Shown in pieces: positions 17,105-28,352 of a stretch of DNA of 32,000 nt. The stretch's first letter is position 1, and each line of letters opens with the position of its first letter. This DNA comes from Candidatus Saccharimonadota bacterium (GTDB taxonomy: Bacteria; Patescibacteriota; Gracilibacteria; BD1-5; UBA2023): the NCBI GenBank assembly GCA_046350815.1, contig JAXLZO010000001.1, forward strand, positions 690,001-722,000. The letters are read 5' to 3'. The translations under genes were made by a program, and so were the position numbers. Under the pieces are notes generated by a model, which ran no database searches, was not told the DNA's origin, and saw nothing but the letters and a program-made list of their open reading frames with translations.

Positions 17105-17530
17105 TTATGTGAGCTTTTGAAGCTCTTGTTCGATCTTTTTCAGGTCATCCTGAGCATCGCTGTCGTCTGGGTTTTCGCTCAGATAGTCTTGAATATATGT
17201 TTTACTTTGTTCGAGACTGTATCGCCTTTCTGCCTGCTCTGCACTCATTCGGCGCTTCTCTGCTCGCCGGTTCTCATATTTTGTTAGGTCGACCCCATCT
17301 GGAAGATGTTTTATATCAGCAGGAAGAGTCCGTGTGCCTCCTGGGAGTGCAAAGAACGAATCAAACGGAGAATTCCATCCATCGAAGAAGTTCTGGAAGA
17401 GCCCCTTTGTATTATATTCTGGATTTTCATTGATGAATTTCTGATATGAATCATAGTCATCAAAATCCTTCTGGAACGTGTGTACTTTTCCGTTTATATT
17501 CGAACGAGAAACAATTCTTCATTGAAACAT
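17105..17530 (-). CDS. hypothetical protein (141 aa)
   Basis: Missing from the standard-code track because of TGA at codon 4. ATG 17528-17530 to TAA 17105-17107, verified row by row. MFQ-G-RIVSRSNINGKVHTFQKDFDDYDSYQKFINENPEYN...; the C-terminal half is charged and helical. Confidence 0.5.
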
Positions 17531-17697
17531 AAAAGTGAATGTAAGGAGATAATATTTCATGCTATTTCTAGCACTCTTATTTTATATGTGCTAATTTGAA
17601 AATCAAATATTTTTTATTGACGCACATGCTATGAGTATCCAAATATAGTTTTCACGTAAAAACTCGATTTTTTCGAATTTTTTTCTATACTTCTCAC

Positions 17698-18546
17698 ATG
17701 CTTTTTGACACACATTCGCACTTGTCATACGAGCCTCTTGATCAGGATGAGGACGGTGTTTTTGCACGTTTGCAGGATGCATGAGTCACTCATACGATGC
17801 AAATCGGGTGTGATATTGAGAGTTCTACCAAGGCGATCTCTCTTGCGAAAAAGTATCCCGGGCATTATGCTAGCATAGGACTTCATCCAGTCGATGCACA
17901 GTCTACTCAAGATGAGTATGAAATTGGTAAGAATCAAAGAGAACTCACAGAATTATTGAAATCACATCCTCATCTTGTTCGTGCCATAGGGGAGACGGGA
18001 TTGGATAATTATCATCTACCAGATACGAATATCGATGATGCGAAGCGGGCACAGGAATTTTGGTTTCGATGGCACATGGAGCTCGCACAAGATTATTGTC
18101 TTCCACTCGTGGTTCATACGCGTGATGCACGAGAGAGAACATACGATCTCCTGTGTGAAATCGTGGAGAAGAATTTCACCGATATCCCCGCTATTGTTAT
18201 GCATTGCTACAGTGAGGATTTTTCCTTTGCACAGAGTCTTATGGATGTATTTGGTCAGAGAGTATATTTTGCTTTTGGTGGAATACTCACGTATCGATCA
18301 CGTAACGAAGCGATTCAGGATGCAGCTATTCGAATACCGATCTCTCATCTGCTTCTCGAGACAGATGCTCCGTTTCTCACACCGTATATTGCACGAAAAA
18401 ACGGAGCAAAACACAATGAATCCTCCTATATCGGTGAAGTCCTCGACAAACTCTCAGACCTGCGAAATGAACCGAGAGACATACTCGAAAAAGCTATCTA
18501 TAACAACAGTATCCGTATATTTTGCCCAGAAAATGCTCACGAATAA
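17698..18546 (+). CDS. tatD: TatD-family metal-dependent hydrolase/DNase
   Basis: MLFDTHSHLSYEPL..DA-G-VTHTMQIGCD..IGLHP..AIGETGLDNYH..LPLVVHTRDA..VMHCYSE..LLLETDAPFLTP. The N-terminal 33 codons are recovered by reading TGA 17782-17784 as Gly. Confidence 0.9.
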
Positions 18547-19534
18547 TACACAATCGGAATTTTGTATCTATGCACAGGATCCAAGATATACACGCCGGAT
18601 CGATCTCGTCCTTTCTCAGATGTTTGATGGACAGTCACGCTCATACATTCAGAGGCTTATCGAAGATGGTCTGGTGATGAAAAATGGATTAGTCCTCGAT
18701 CGTCATTGCAAAGTGCGAAGAGGTGATGTCATCATCGTAAATTGGAGAATTGATAAATCGCATATCGCCGCAGAAGATATCCCTCTCGAGGTGATTGTTG
18801 AGACGGATGATTATGCCTTGGTATCCAAAGATGCTGGTATGAATGTACATCCGGTACCTGGTGAAGGTGGTAAATCGGGGACATTGATAAATGCTCTCAT
18901 GAGTTATTTTTGATCACTTTCTGTGATTAATGGTATTGAACGTCCATGACTGGTACACCGTCTTGATAAAGATACTTCTGGAATCCTGATTATTGCGAAG
19001 AATGATGGATTCATGACGCATATTCAACGCCAAATTAACAAACGAACCGTCAAAAAAACATATATCACGATCGTTGCTGGACGAGTGAAAGAAACAAAAT
19101 GATACATCGAGTCATATATGTGACGAGATCCGAATGATCGAAAAAAACACACCATACATAATCCGATCAATCCAAAGCTTGCTCAGACAAGATATAAAGT
19201 GCTTGGGTATTTTGGTGATCTTGCCTCACTTGTTGAGGTAGATCTCCTCACTGGACGTACGCATCAGATACGACTGCATATGCTCTCGATCGGACATCCG
19301 GTGATAGGGGACAACGTATATGGAAATACAAAAGCGAATACACTCTTCTCAGAGAAATATGATCTCCATCGTCAGGCACTTCATGCATATCGAGTAGAAT
19401 TTACCCACGAAAGTGAGCGAGTATATGGTATCGCTCCGCTCAAGCAAGATATGAGGTGTGTTATCCAACGACTTGTAGAGACCTTTGAGCCTGCTGAGGA
19501 GAGTGAATATTTTGACCAAAAAGAGTACATATAA
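18533..19534 (+). CDS. rluD: RluA/RluD-family 23S rRNA pseudouridine synthase with an N-terminal S4 domain
   Basis: RIDLVLSQMF..SRSYIQRLIEDGLVMKNG (S4), RP-G-LVHRLDKDTSGILIIAKND (catalytic Asp motif; the Gly is TGA 18947-18949), LLTGRTHQIRLHM. The start overlaps the tatD end by 14 nt. Confidence 0.9.
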
Positions 19535-19560
19535 AATAAATCCCCTAAAGGGATTTATTT
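19534..19560. terminator. bidirectional intrinsic terminator
   Basis: AAATAAATCCC-ctaaa-GGGATTTATTT. The stop codon of the convergent gene (19555-19557) lies in its right arm. Confidence 0.7.
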
Positions 19561-20781
19561 TATATGTCTGATTTGCGCTGTAGCATTGCGTATTCTATCG
19601 GATGCTATGATTGCTTGATCTTTGAGTTTTCCTCAGAATGCTCATGGAGCTTCAATAGCTTTTCATAGATCGCTGAGTGATTCGGTGATGACAGTGACAA
19701 TGCCTCCATGTGCAAGTTTCATCTCAAAGAGATCTTTTTCGTACAATGCTTCTTTTTGTATAATGGTATTTTCAAGTCGATCCACCCGCTCGCTGAGAGC
19801 ATCAGTTTTCTCTTTTTCTTGATTAAGAAGTTTGAGTAGCTGAGCTATTTCAGCATCTTTGTCAGTTAATTTTGTGATTTTTTCATCATGAAGCTTAACA
19901 AGGTCATCACGTTGTGCAGTAAGTACATCATGTTCTTCTGTAAGATTTGTGATTTTTTTCACTTGTTGTTGTGTGAGAGCTCGATACCCCTCTACAAGAT
20001 AGTGCCCCTTTTTTGGTCTTTCTCGGTGATTATCAAGCTCGATTTTCGTGATTCGATCTGTCCCGACAGGAGTTTTAAAAGAAATGAAGAGATTATCACC
20101 TTCAACTTTTAGTGGGGCACTTAGCTTATGAATATCAAGTGGGATCTCTCGATGATCAATATAGAGATGAATTCCCTCGTCGTCTTTTTTCGTTCCAACG
20201 ATCACGACATGTCAGGATGAAGTTATAAATGGACCTTGGAGAATACTCGGATATTTTGGAGCTTGTTCAAATTCTTGTTTCTCTCTTTCACTTTTTATTT
20301 TGTATTCTTCGGTTGACATTTTTATCTCAGGATTCGCAGGAATGATACGATGATTATCATCGTAGATGTGCTTCATAAAGATAGCATCACCCAGTGTATA
20401 TACCATTTGTCCGTCTTCATTTATATCCGCAGATTTGAGGCGTTTATCTTTGAGAACGAGCTTATCATTGATAATAATCATTCGATCCGATCCAAATTCT
20501 CTGGAATAATCTCAGTGCTTATTTGATACTGCTATTGTTGAGATAATGCCTGTCTCAATTTGCTTCTTGCTCCATACAATCGTATTGCGGAGATGATCCC
20601 ACTCAACACCATTGATGATCGCATTGTCCTGATAACCATAGTCTCTGTTTTTATCCCATTGGTTATTGTCTATAGATATAAGTCCTTGCATTGTTTCTGT
20701 AGTTGATGGTACTTCAAGCATAGGTGTCATTCGAAAGGATCGGGCTCCTTCTCGATTGTTGCTTAATGCAGTAGTATTCAT
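19555..20781 (-). CDS. hypothetical protein with a C-terminal coiled-coil (408 aa)
   Basis: Pieces 20512-20781, 20212-20481 and 19663-20205 share a frame. The ORF continues through further TGA codons to TAA 19555-19557. The C-terminal heptad-like stretch is LTEEHDVLTAQRDDLVKLHDEKITKLTDKDAEIAQLLKLLNQEKEKTDALSERVDRLEN. No family recognised. Confidence 0.6.
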
Positions 20782-20949
20782 AGATTGGATAATAAAAAAT
20801 CTTGTTGCTCTTATATAATCATATCTTGTTTATTCTGTCAAAAAATCTCCTAGTCTAATAACAATATTATTTAGAATAGTCAAGTAATAATTTTTGCATT
20901 ATTTGAAAATATAAGAAAGAATAAATATGTATTTATTTTTTAGTATTTT

Positions 20950-22152
20950 ATGGATATGGGAAATTTTGATTCCATGTTTGGAGATCGTCGCAATATTAGC
21001 GATGTAACACGTGATAAGTATGATGTATCGAAGGAAGATACACAGAAGAATGCTCAAGAAATAGCTATTCTTCAATCAAAGAGAGAAGCGATGCAATCTG
21101 ATAAGAAAAGACTGGAAACTCAAAAAAGTTATCTTGTATCTCAACAAAAAGAAGCTCAGGCAGCTCGTGATAATGCAAAAGCTCGGTTTGATCAGGCTGC
21201 AGCATCCGTTCAGAAAGAGCTGTGATCTTCCAATCCAGATATTCGTCGGAATGCAGAAAATCGTGTTGCTGCTGATAAACAGTATCTTGAGGAGACTGAA
21301 GCAACGTTGAAGCGAATAACCAGAGAAATTGAAAAAGTTACAGTACTGCTTGCTCCCATTGTAGATTTGGATAAGCAACTAGCTTTATTAAAAACTAAGT
21401 ATGATACAAGTCGGTGACAATACCTTGCAAATAATGAACAAGCAAATCAAGAGCTTGCACAATATCAAATACAAAAAGAGCAAACAGAGATTAATATTCT
21501 TAGTATGAGTCTTTCAGTAAAAGAAGCAGAATTAAAGGGGGCTCGAGAAAAAATGAATCCATTACTTGCTCAACAAAAAGAAGCTCAGGCAGCTCGTGAT
21601 AATGCAAAAGCTCGGTTTGATCAGGCTGCAGCATCCGTTCAGAAAGAGCTGTGATCTTCCAATCCAGATATTCGTCGGAATGCAGAAAATCGTGTTGCTG
21701 CTGATAAACAGTATCTTGAGGAGACTGAAGCAACGTTGAAGCGAATAACCAGAGAAATTGAAAGGAAACAGCAACTTTTGGGTCCACTTATTCAGCAAGT
21801 GGCAAGCTTGCATACACAGAAGCAAGACCATGATCAACGGTTAGCATCTTTGATGCCAAAAAAAGATGTGATTATCAGAGTTGCTTCGCAACCCCTTGCA
21901 AAGCCTGAGAAAGTGTTATGAGGAGCGGAAAAAAGGCTCCATGATAAAACAATAAAAATTGCAAAAAATGTTGATCCAGTCTTGGTAGCGAAGGCGTTAA
22001 GTACATATGCACAGAAGAAAAATATTCCTTGAAATCAAAGTATTACTGCTGAACAGATTCGCTCAGATCTAAACCTTGGAAACTATAAAAATCTTATTAT
22101 TTGACCAAACACACTAGCGGCTCTCGATAATTTTAACAGTCAGAATGCGTAA
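20950..22152 (+). CDS. coiled-coil protein with an internal duplicated 64-aa module (400 aa)
   Basis: ATG 20950 to TAA 22150-22152 through 7 TGA, verified row by row. The product is largely Q/E/K/A-rich and helical. It contains the two repeat copies listed below. Confidence 0.65.
21142..21334 (+). repeat. direct repeat copy 1 (193 bp)
   Basis: Identical by eye to 21571-21763. It encodes QQKEAQAARDNAKARFDQAAASVQKEL-G-SSNPDIRRNAENRVAADKQYLEETEATLKRITREIE. Confidence 0.9.
21571..21763 (+). repeat. direct repeat copy 2 (193 bp)
   Basis: Offset by 429 bp (143 codons) from copy 1, so it is in the same reading frame. Confidence 0.9.
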
Positions 22153-22182
22153 GAATAAACCCTTCAATTGAAGGGTTTATTC
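22153..22182. terminator. bidirectional intrinsic terminator
   Basis: GAATAAACCCTT-caattg-AAGGGTTTATTC. The apbE stop codon (22177-22179) lies inside the right arm. Confidence 0.7.
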
Positions 22183-22980
22183 TGTAATATACACATCCAT
22201 ATTTTCACCATACTTTCTGAGGTATTCTCCACGTTCTTCAGTATTCATGATGCAAAAGAGTGTAGCGTGAACATCAGCGATCATTGCACTGGTTGCAAGT
22301 ACAAAACTTCCATGATTTGTATAGCTTGATGCTCAGGTACGAGGATCAATCAGATGATGATTTCTTCAGAAATATCGTTTTGATCTGCTTGATGCCGCAA
22401 GGGCACTATTGCTGAGAGTGATTACATTGAGTATTCTCTCTGTGTCGCAAGGATCCTCAAGTCATACCTGCCATCATGTTCATTCCGCCCATATATCACC
22501 ACCAAAATCTACAAGAAACCGCTCATAATATTTCTCCCGAAGCAACTGGGTAATCTGATCAATAAGATATCCTTTGCCAATGCCACCGAATTCTATCTCA
22601 ATATGATTATTGAGTGTGAGTTGATTTCCGATCAAATGAATATATTGATATCATACAGTTTGATGAGTGTTTTCTCATCTTTGATGATAGTCGTATCAGA
22701 TCTTTCTGAGATAGGGAAGTACGGTCGGGTCAAATATACCATTGCTCTGATGGGCTATTTTAAGAGCATATTGAAGCATAATAATACCATCTTGATCGAG
22801 GATTCATCCACCGTTTTTATTGATAGTATCGAGATGGTTTCATGGGATAAACCGCGAAAACCGATTTTCAAAATCAATTATTTTCTCTCTCATCTCCAAA
22901 AATACCTCATCGCATGGCTCTGAGGTATCAATCTTGAGATTGAGAATGGTTCCAAGATGTTCTCCTTGGTAGATTTGCAT
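22177..22980 (-). CDS. apbE: ApbE-family FAD:protein FMN transferase
   Basis: Absent from the standard-code track because it holds 13 in-frame TGA. I checked every codon from 22177 to 22980. Motifs: GIFDPTVLP, EFGGIGKGYLIDQ, FLVDFGGDIW, HHLIDPRT-G. Confidence 0.85.
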
Positions 22981-22981
22981 A

Positions 22982-23509
22982 TTAATTCTGCGCTACAAAT
23001 TGCTGAAATGCATTTGTTGTGAGAGAAGCACCACCAACAGCATGAAGTTGAAGTTCTGATTTTTTCTTCCCGACTACTTCTTTTGAGATAGCTTCGGAGA
23101 ATTTTGTTTGAAGGTTTCGGCTTATAGGATTGCTTGCAAGTGGTTTTGTGGATACGGCTGTGACAGTGTCGCCAGAGGTAGTCAGAGTAAACTCTACACT
23201 TTCATCACCTGCTGGTGAGTTATAGTGTACCTCTTTTGTGATGCTTGATCCAGCGACAATTATTGATGATCCTGTTGATGTTGAGGAGGAGTTATTATTC
23301 ATTTCCGATTCATTTTCTTCTGAATTGATATTTCCTGAATTTGATACCTCTGTCTGAGTTGTTGGCTCTTTTGATTTGTTTTCTACAGAGGTTGTTTCTA
23401 TTTTCTTTTCTTCGGATGTTGGAGCCGTCACTTGTTTGTTATTTTCACATGATGCAAGAAGAATAGCTGGGGTAAGAATGAGTGCAGATGCAAGGATTTT
23501 TTTAGACAT
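22982..23509 (-). CDS. lipoprotein with a C-terminal FMN-binding (FMN_bind-like) domain
   Basis: MSKKILASALILTPAILLASC (lipobox LLASC), a low-complexity S/T/N/E linker, and a C-terminal ...VGKKKSELQLHAVGGASLTTNAFQQFV that resembles the D-x-x-[ST]-G-A-[ST] flavinylation motif. It ends 1 nt before the apbE start. Confidence 0.55.
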   Translation of the reverse strand: MSKKILASALILTPAILLASCENNKQVTAPTSEEKKIETTSVENKSKEPTTQTEVSNSGNINSEENESEMNNNSSSTSTGSSIIVAGSSITKEVHYNSPAGDESVEFTLTTSGDTVTAVSTKPLASNPISRNLQTKFSEAISKEVVGKKKSELQLHAVGGASLTTNAFQQFVAQN

Positions 23510-23616
23510 GAGTGGTTGATAAAATATATCGAGTATCATAAGGAAAATGCTCAAAAAAACAAATTTACATCTCTCATCTTTTCTATACAATTCTCACAAT
23601 TTTGTCAATTATTTCT

Positions 23617-24516
23617 ATGTCTGGACTCACGCTAGTTATTATGGCTGCCGGTATGGCAAGCCGCTATGGATCACTCAAGCAGCTCGACGCTTTTGGTCCG
23701 AATGGTGAGGCAATCATTGATTATTCTCTCTATGATGCGATTCGTGCTTGATTTACTCGGGTAGTATTTGTGATACGTCCTGAACTAGAAGGTCAATTTC
23801 GGGAGAGATTTGATGTGAAACTTACTGGAAAAATTGAAGTTCGATACGCATTTCAGACGGTCGACCGATTTGTTCCTGAGGGAACTGATATAGGGAATCG
23901 TGTAAAACCATGGGGTACTGGACATGCAGTACTCTGTGCACGAGATGAGGTAGATGGACCATTTGCAGTTATTAATGCAGATGACTTTTACGGGAGAGAA
24001 TCATTTGAAGTTATGTCACGGTTTTTGCAGAATAATGATCATCAACATAGCTGCGCTATCGTTGCATACCAACTTGGAAACACTCTTTCAAATAATGGTG
24101 CCGTATCGAGAGGACTATGTATTGTTGATACAAAATGACATCTGCTCTCTGTAACTGAGCATACTAATATTATTCGTGAGAATGGTCAGATCCTTTCTCT
24201 CTATGCTGATACAAGCTGAGAATTGCCCGCTGATACACTTGTATCGGTGAATTTCTGGGGCTTTAAACCGGAAGTGTTTGATGATTTTCTCCGACTCTTT
24301 CACTGATATATTGAAAAATATTCCAACGCGGAAAAAGCTGAGTTTTATCTTCCCTCGGTTGTATCATCACTCATTGCTCGCAATCAGGAAACATGCCAAG
24401 TATTTAATACTCAGGAAAGTTGGTTTGGTGTTACATACCACGAAGATAAAACAAGCGTCTGCCAATCAATCCATTGACTCATTCAAAAATGAGAGTATCC
24501 TAATGTTCTTTTTTAG
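23617..24516 (+). CDS. sugar-phosphate nucleotidyltransferase (GT-A fold), 299 aa
   Basis: LVIMAAGMASRYGSLKQL (G-x-G-x-R loop), KPWGTGHAVLCA, VINADDFYG. 6 TGA. Verified row by row to TAG 24514-24516. Confidence 0.8.
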
Positions 24517-24522
24517 ATTTCT

Positions 24523-25635
24523 ATGAATCATGCTTGTGAAAACCGTTTTGATACGGTGCGTCAGAAGGTTATTGATACTTGAATCATTCGAAGAGGGGCA
24601 AACAAGATACTCCTCCCGAGTCATCTTGAGGCATCATCGTATCAGATATACAATCAACTTCAGACTTATGAGCAACTTGAGCAATATTTTGATGGGGCAA
24701 AACAAAAATTTCAACTCTTATGAATTAGTACTTCTCATCTTATTCAAGAAGTAAAAAAGAACTTCGGTACTTTTCTTGTAAAAGCATTGAATGACAAAAA
24801 ACATATAAGCAATAAACAGGTGCTTTCATTACGAATGTTACCATTTACTGTACATAACTCAGAGTATAATTTTGTGTTTCAACCGGTTGAATACTATGCA
24901 TATCTTGCCTTCAGTTCTTTTTTGGATGTTCCACTTACTTCACTTTCAGGCTGAACTCTACGTCATTTGTATGATCAGTGCGGTGGTACGATGGATGATG
25001 GAAAAACATTGCTTTTTCCAAATTCTGCATGAGTAAGTCTCAACCTTGTATCTTACTGAAAATGAAACACTGAAGTGATTTTTCAAGAGCGGAATAATAG
25101 TAAAACTGCGACGACTCGAATTGGTCTTGTTTCAGGCGCATCTTGAGCTATCGATATTCCGGATCAGCGTATTGGATCGCTCACAGATCTTACATCAGCA
25201 CAGATTATTCATGAGCTTGATGAAGAATTAGGTATAAATGGTATGCTTACTACTCAAAAAAAGAATTTTCATGACAATTCCAATGGATGAGTTCAAGTTA
25301 TTCCTGGTGGTTTTGTTATATCAAGTGATCGCCTCAACCCAGAGTTTCTCTTTCTTGGTATGACCGTAATGGAATTCCCAGATATAGAGAATTTTGCATA
25401 CAAGGCAAAGGATTCTTGGGAGTTCAAAAGTCTTCGGTCGCTCGATCCGAGTCAAGTGTATCGTGAATTACTACGATTTGCTCAGAATCAAGAATCAAAA
25501 CTTAATCCTCACGCGATTGTGAGTATGATCGCTACAATGAATACCCTCGCAGTTATTCATGAATTGAGGCAATCAAGTCAAGCTATTTGAAGTCATCAAC
25601 CAAGACATGAACGAAGGCTTGAAGGGGTAGCTTAG
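24523..25635 (+). CDS. hypothetical protein (370 aa) with a degenerate Nudix-like box
   Basis: One frame from ATG 24523 to TAG 25633-25635 through 10 TGA, verified row by row. The segment GSLTDLTSAQIIHELDEELGI resembles Gx5Ex7REUxEExGU with R-to-H and E-to-D substitutions. Weak assignment. Confidence 0.4.
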
Positions 25636-25637
25636 CT

Positions 25638-26522
25638 TTATCTGAGTAGGTATTTATTCAGGCTGTCTCTCCAATGCTCAAGTTGAATATTAGAATTATT
25701 TATTAAAAGACTCATAATGGGTCTTTTTGCTTTTGTTGGGTATTCGGATGATGCGCAAGGACTCACGCGAGTTGATGATTGGGTCATGGTAAGTATTTCT
25801 TGTGCGAATTCGAACCAACTGATAGATTGATCCGTCGAATTTGCGAAATGAAGGATACGATTATCTCCATCAAGAAATTCATCTATCCTATCTATGAGCT
25901 CTCCGATTGCTTTGGAGAGAGCATAGCAAGATGTCGGTACCCCAAATTGATCATCAACAACCCTCATCTCATCTTTCTCTTGTGAAAGTCTCAAGATAGT
26001 ATTTACAAAATTTTTGTATATTCCTTCTTCTGATTTTTGATTCCAATGATTACCACCATAGAGCCAGCTTGTACGAACAATGATAGTTTGTGAATTTTCA
26101 CGTAGCGCAAGAGTTTCCCCGAGATATTTTGCGATACCATAGTTATTGATGGGGTTGGTATGATCACTTGGTAGATATCACACCTCCTTGTTGCCATCAA
26201 ACACATAGTCGCTCGATATACTTATGAGTGGAAGTCAAAGTGCGGATGTGGCTTTTGCAAGATTATAAACACCAAGAGCATTGATATCCATATTTTGTTT
26301 TCTACCAATATCTTCTGCATCATCCACTGCTGTATAGGCTGCAAGATTAAGAATTATATCTGGTTCATGAGTTACAAGAGCATTGAGACATGATGTAAAA
26401 TCACAAATATCACACTCTCTTTTTCCAAGTGTGATAAGGTCGAATAGATCGTGATGTATGCGTATGAAATCGTATGCAAGCATTCCATTTGCTCCAGTGA
26501 TCAGTATTTTTTTCTTGGTCAT
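25638..26522 (-). CDS. rmlD: dTDP-4-dehydrorhamnose reductase
   Basis: MTKKKILITGANGMLAYDF, LNLAAYTAVDDAE, ISISSDYVFDG, NNYGIAKYLGE, VRTSWLYG. Pieces 26235-26588 and 25638-25994 are joined in frame through 2 TGA. Confidence 0.9.
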
Positions 26523-26532
26523 ATGTTTAACT

Positions 26533-27096
26533 TTATTGATCACAGATTGCCTTAAAATTCGGAAGAATGGAGTCTTTTTTGCTAACAATAACTTCTTTTA
26601 TGTTGTATGCATCAAGATATTTTTCCCAATCGATAGCAAGTTGGCTATCGTTCCAGGCGATGCCACCTTCATCATTTGGATCGTAATAATTATCACACTT
26701 GTAGAGAAATTCCGTGTCATCTTCGAGTGTCAAAAATCCATGTGCGAATCACCTTGGAACAAAGAGTTGTGTTTTATTTTCTCATGAGAGAAAAAATCCC
26801 TCCCATTTCCCATACGTAGGAGAATCGGAACGCAAGTCAATCACTACATCATATACGGATCATCGTATGACTCGTACCAGTTTTGCTTGAGGGTTTATTT
26901 TTTGAAAATGCATCCCACGAAGGACTCATTTTTCACTCTTTGAGTGATTATCTTGGATGAAATGAGCGTTCAAGCCATGCTTAGTATATTCCCTCTGAGA
27001 ATAAGATTCCAAGAAAAAACCTCGCTCATCGCTAAATACTTGGGGATGAATGAGTACAAGTCAGGGTATGTTGGTGTATTCGATATTGACGGACAT
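26533..27096 (-). CDS. rmlC: dTDP-4-dehydrorhamnose 3,5-epimerase
   Basis: [57 protein letters not shown]. 5 TGA fall at conserved Gly positions. Verified row by row. Confidence 0.9.
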
Positions 27097-27103
27097 GCTG
27101 ATT

Positions 27104-28351
27104 CTAAAAGAGTATTTTGAAGGTTGAACCTTGTCATTCCTGACTTTCAACGATTATTTTCATCTTGTAGATGCTACAGATTTTTGCTACGAGAGCAAGT
27201 CCGATACCATGTCAGTTCTGTTGGCTGTGATTGATCCTATAGAATCTGTCAAAGATTTTTGATTGGTGTTCTTTTGTTATTCAAACTCACGTGTCGCGTA
27301 TGATGAGTGATTTTTCTGTGAGCTCTACGAATATTTCTCATCAGGTATTATTATATTTTATAGCATTCTCAATGAGGTTGTGCATGAGTATTTTGGCATG
27401 TTCTTGAGCTATTATGTGACTTATATTTTCAATCTTATCTATGTTGATTGTGAGAGATTTTTCTTTCATACGTGCCTCAAGTGATCACATTTCTTCAAGA
27501 AGAATATCTTTCAAATTACAAATTGTATTTTTTGGTGCTCGTTCAATACTTGAGAGCTCTACAAGTGTCGTTATGAGATTGTCTGCGTGTTTGATAGCTT
27601 TTTGTGCTTGATGAATTTCTTCATTTTCTTGATAGGTTTTGCTGAGTAGTTGTAAATTACCATTTGCTATAGCGAGTGGTGTTTTAAGTTCATGTCCTGC
27701 ATCATGGATAAAGGCTTCCATTTCATTGATATTTTTTCGTATTGGTTTCAATATTCTTCGAATAAGAGAGGAACTAATGATAGCAAATGGAAGTATAAAA
27801 ATAAAATTTACGAGAAGAAAATACAGTATATCACTCATGAGATCGTCCTTGTCATAAGCCGACCGTGACAGGAGAAGAAGCGAATCATCTCATCTTGTAA
27901 AAATCCGAAAAAAATATCATTCCTGCTCCTCCATATTTGTTATATTTCATTCCTGTAAATAGTTTCATGTATGAAGCTTGTTTTGAAAGTTTGTAATGCT
28001 TCACTCAAGTTTTGATGAGAGGAGTCTCTCTGGAATATCGATGGAGACAATTATTCATGATGAAAACTTAATGATACCTATACTCTCTCGCGGTGGTGGG
28101 GTAGCATCATGGATACTGCGTCGAATACTTGGTTTTTCCATATTGTGAGGACTTCCTATCCTCTGAAACATCGCTCATATAACCTGGGATTCTCGATCAA
28201 AAGCATCACGCGATAAACGATATTCATTGAGATATTTGGCTCAGATAAAACCACCTCCTATCATCGATGTTGCCACAAAGGCACATAAGGTAGCAAGAAT
28301 GGTGAGCCTATAATGTGTTCCTTGGAGCGAAAGATTTTGTGTTTTTTCCAT
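27104..28351 (-). CDS. sensor histidine kinase (2 TM, extracytoplasmic loop, HisKA, HATPase)
   Basis: TM1 is LTILATLCAFVATSMIGGGFI and TM2 is ILYFLLVNFIFILPFAIISS. H-box FIHDAGHELKTPLA, N-box NLIENAIKY, G1 IRDT-G-V-G-I (both Gly are TGA, at 27287-27289 and 27281-27283), F-box IFDRFYR, G2 G-HGIGLALV. The N-terminal 171 codons were recovered by hand. Confidence 0.85.
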
Positions 28352-28352
28352 G

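Noticed and set aside
18035-18913. 292-aa ORF spanning the tatD/rluD junction
   Set aside because: Its first roughly 165 codons are an out-of-frame overlap with tatD and give nonsense sequence. Only the part from ATG 18533 onwards (S4 domain of RluD) is real, and the true gene continues through TGA to 19534.
21065-21837. Duplicated minus-strand ORFs and repeats considered as a CRISPR-like or duplicated-gene signal
   Set aside because: There are only two copies, each 193 bp long, and both lie in frame within one plus-strand coiled-coil CDS. The minus-strand ORFs are antisense images of that repeat.
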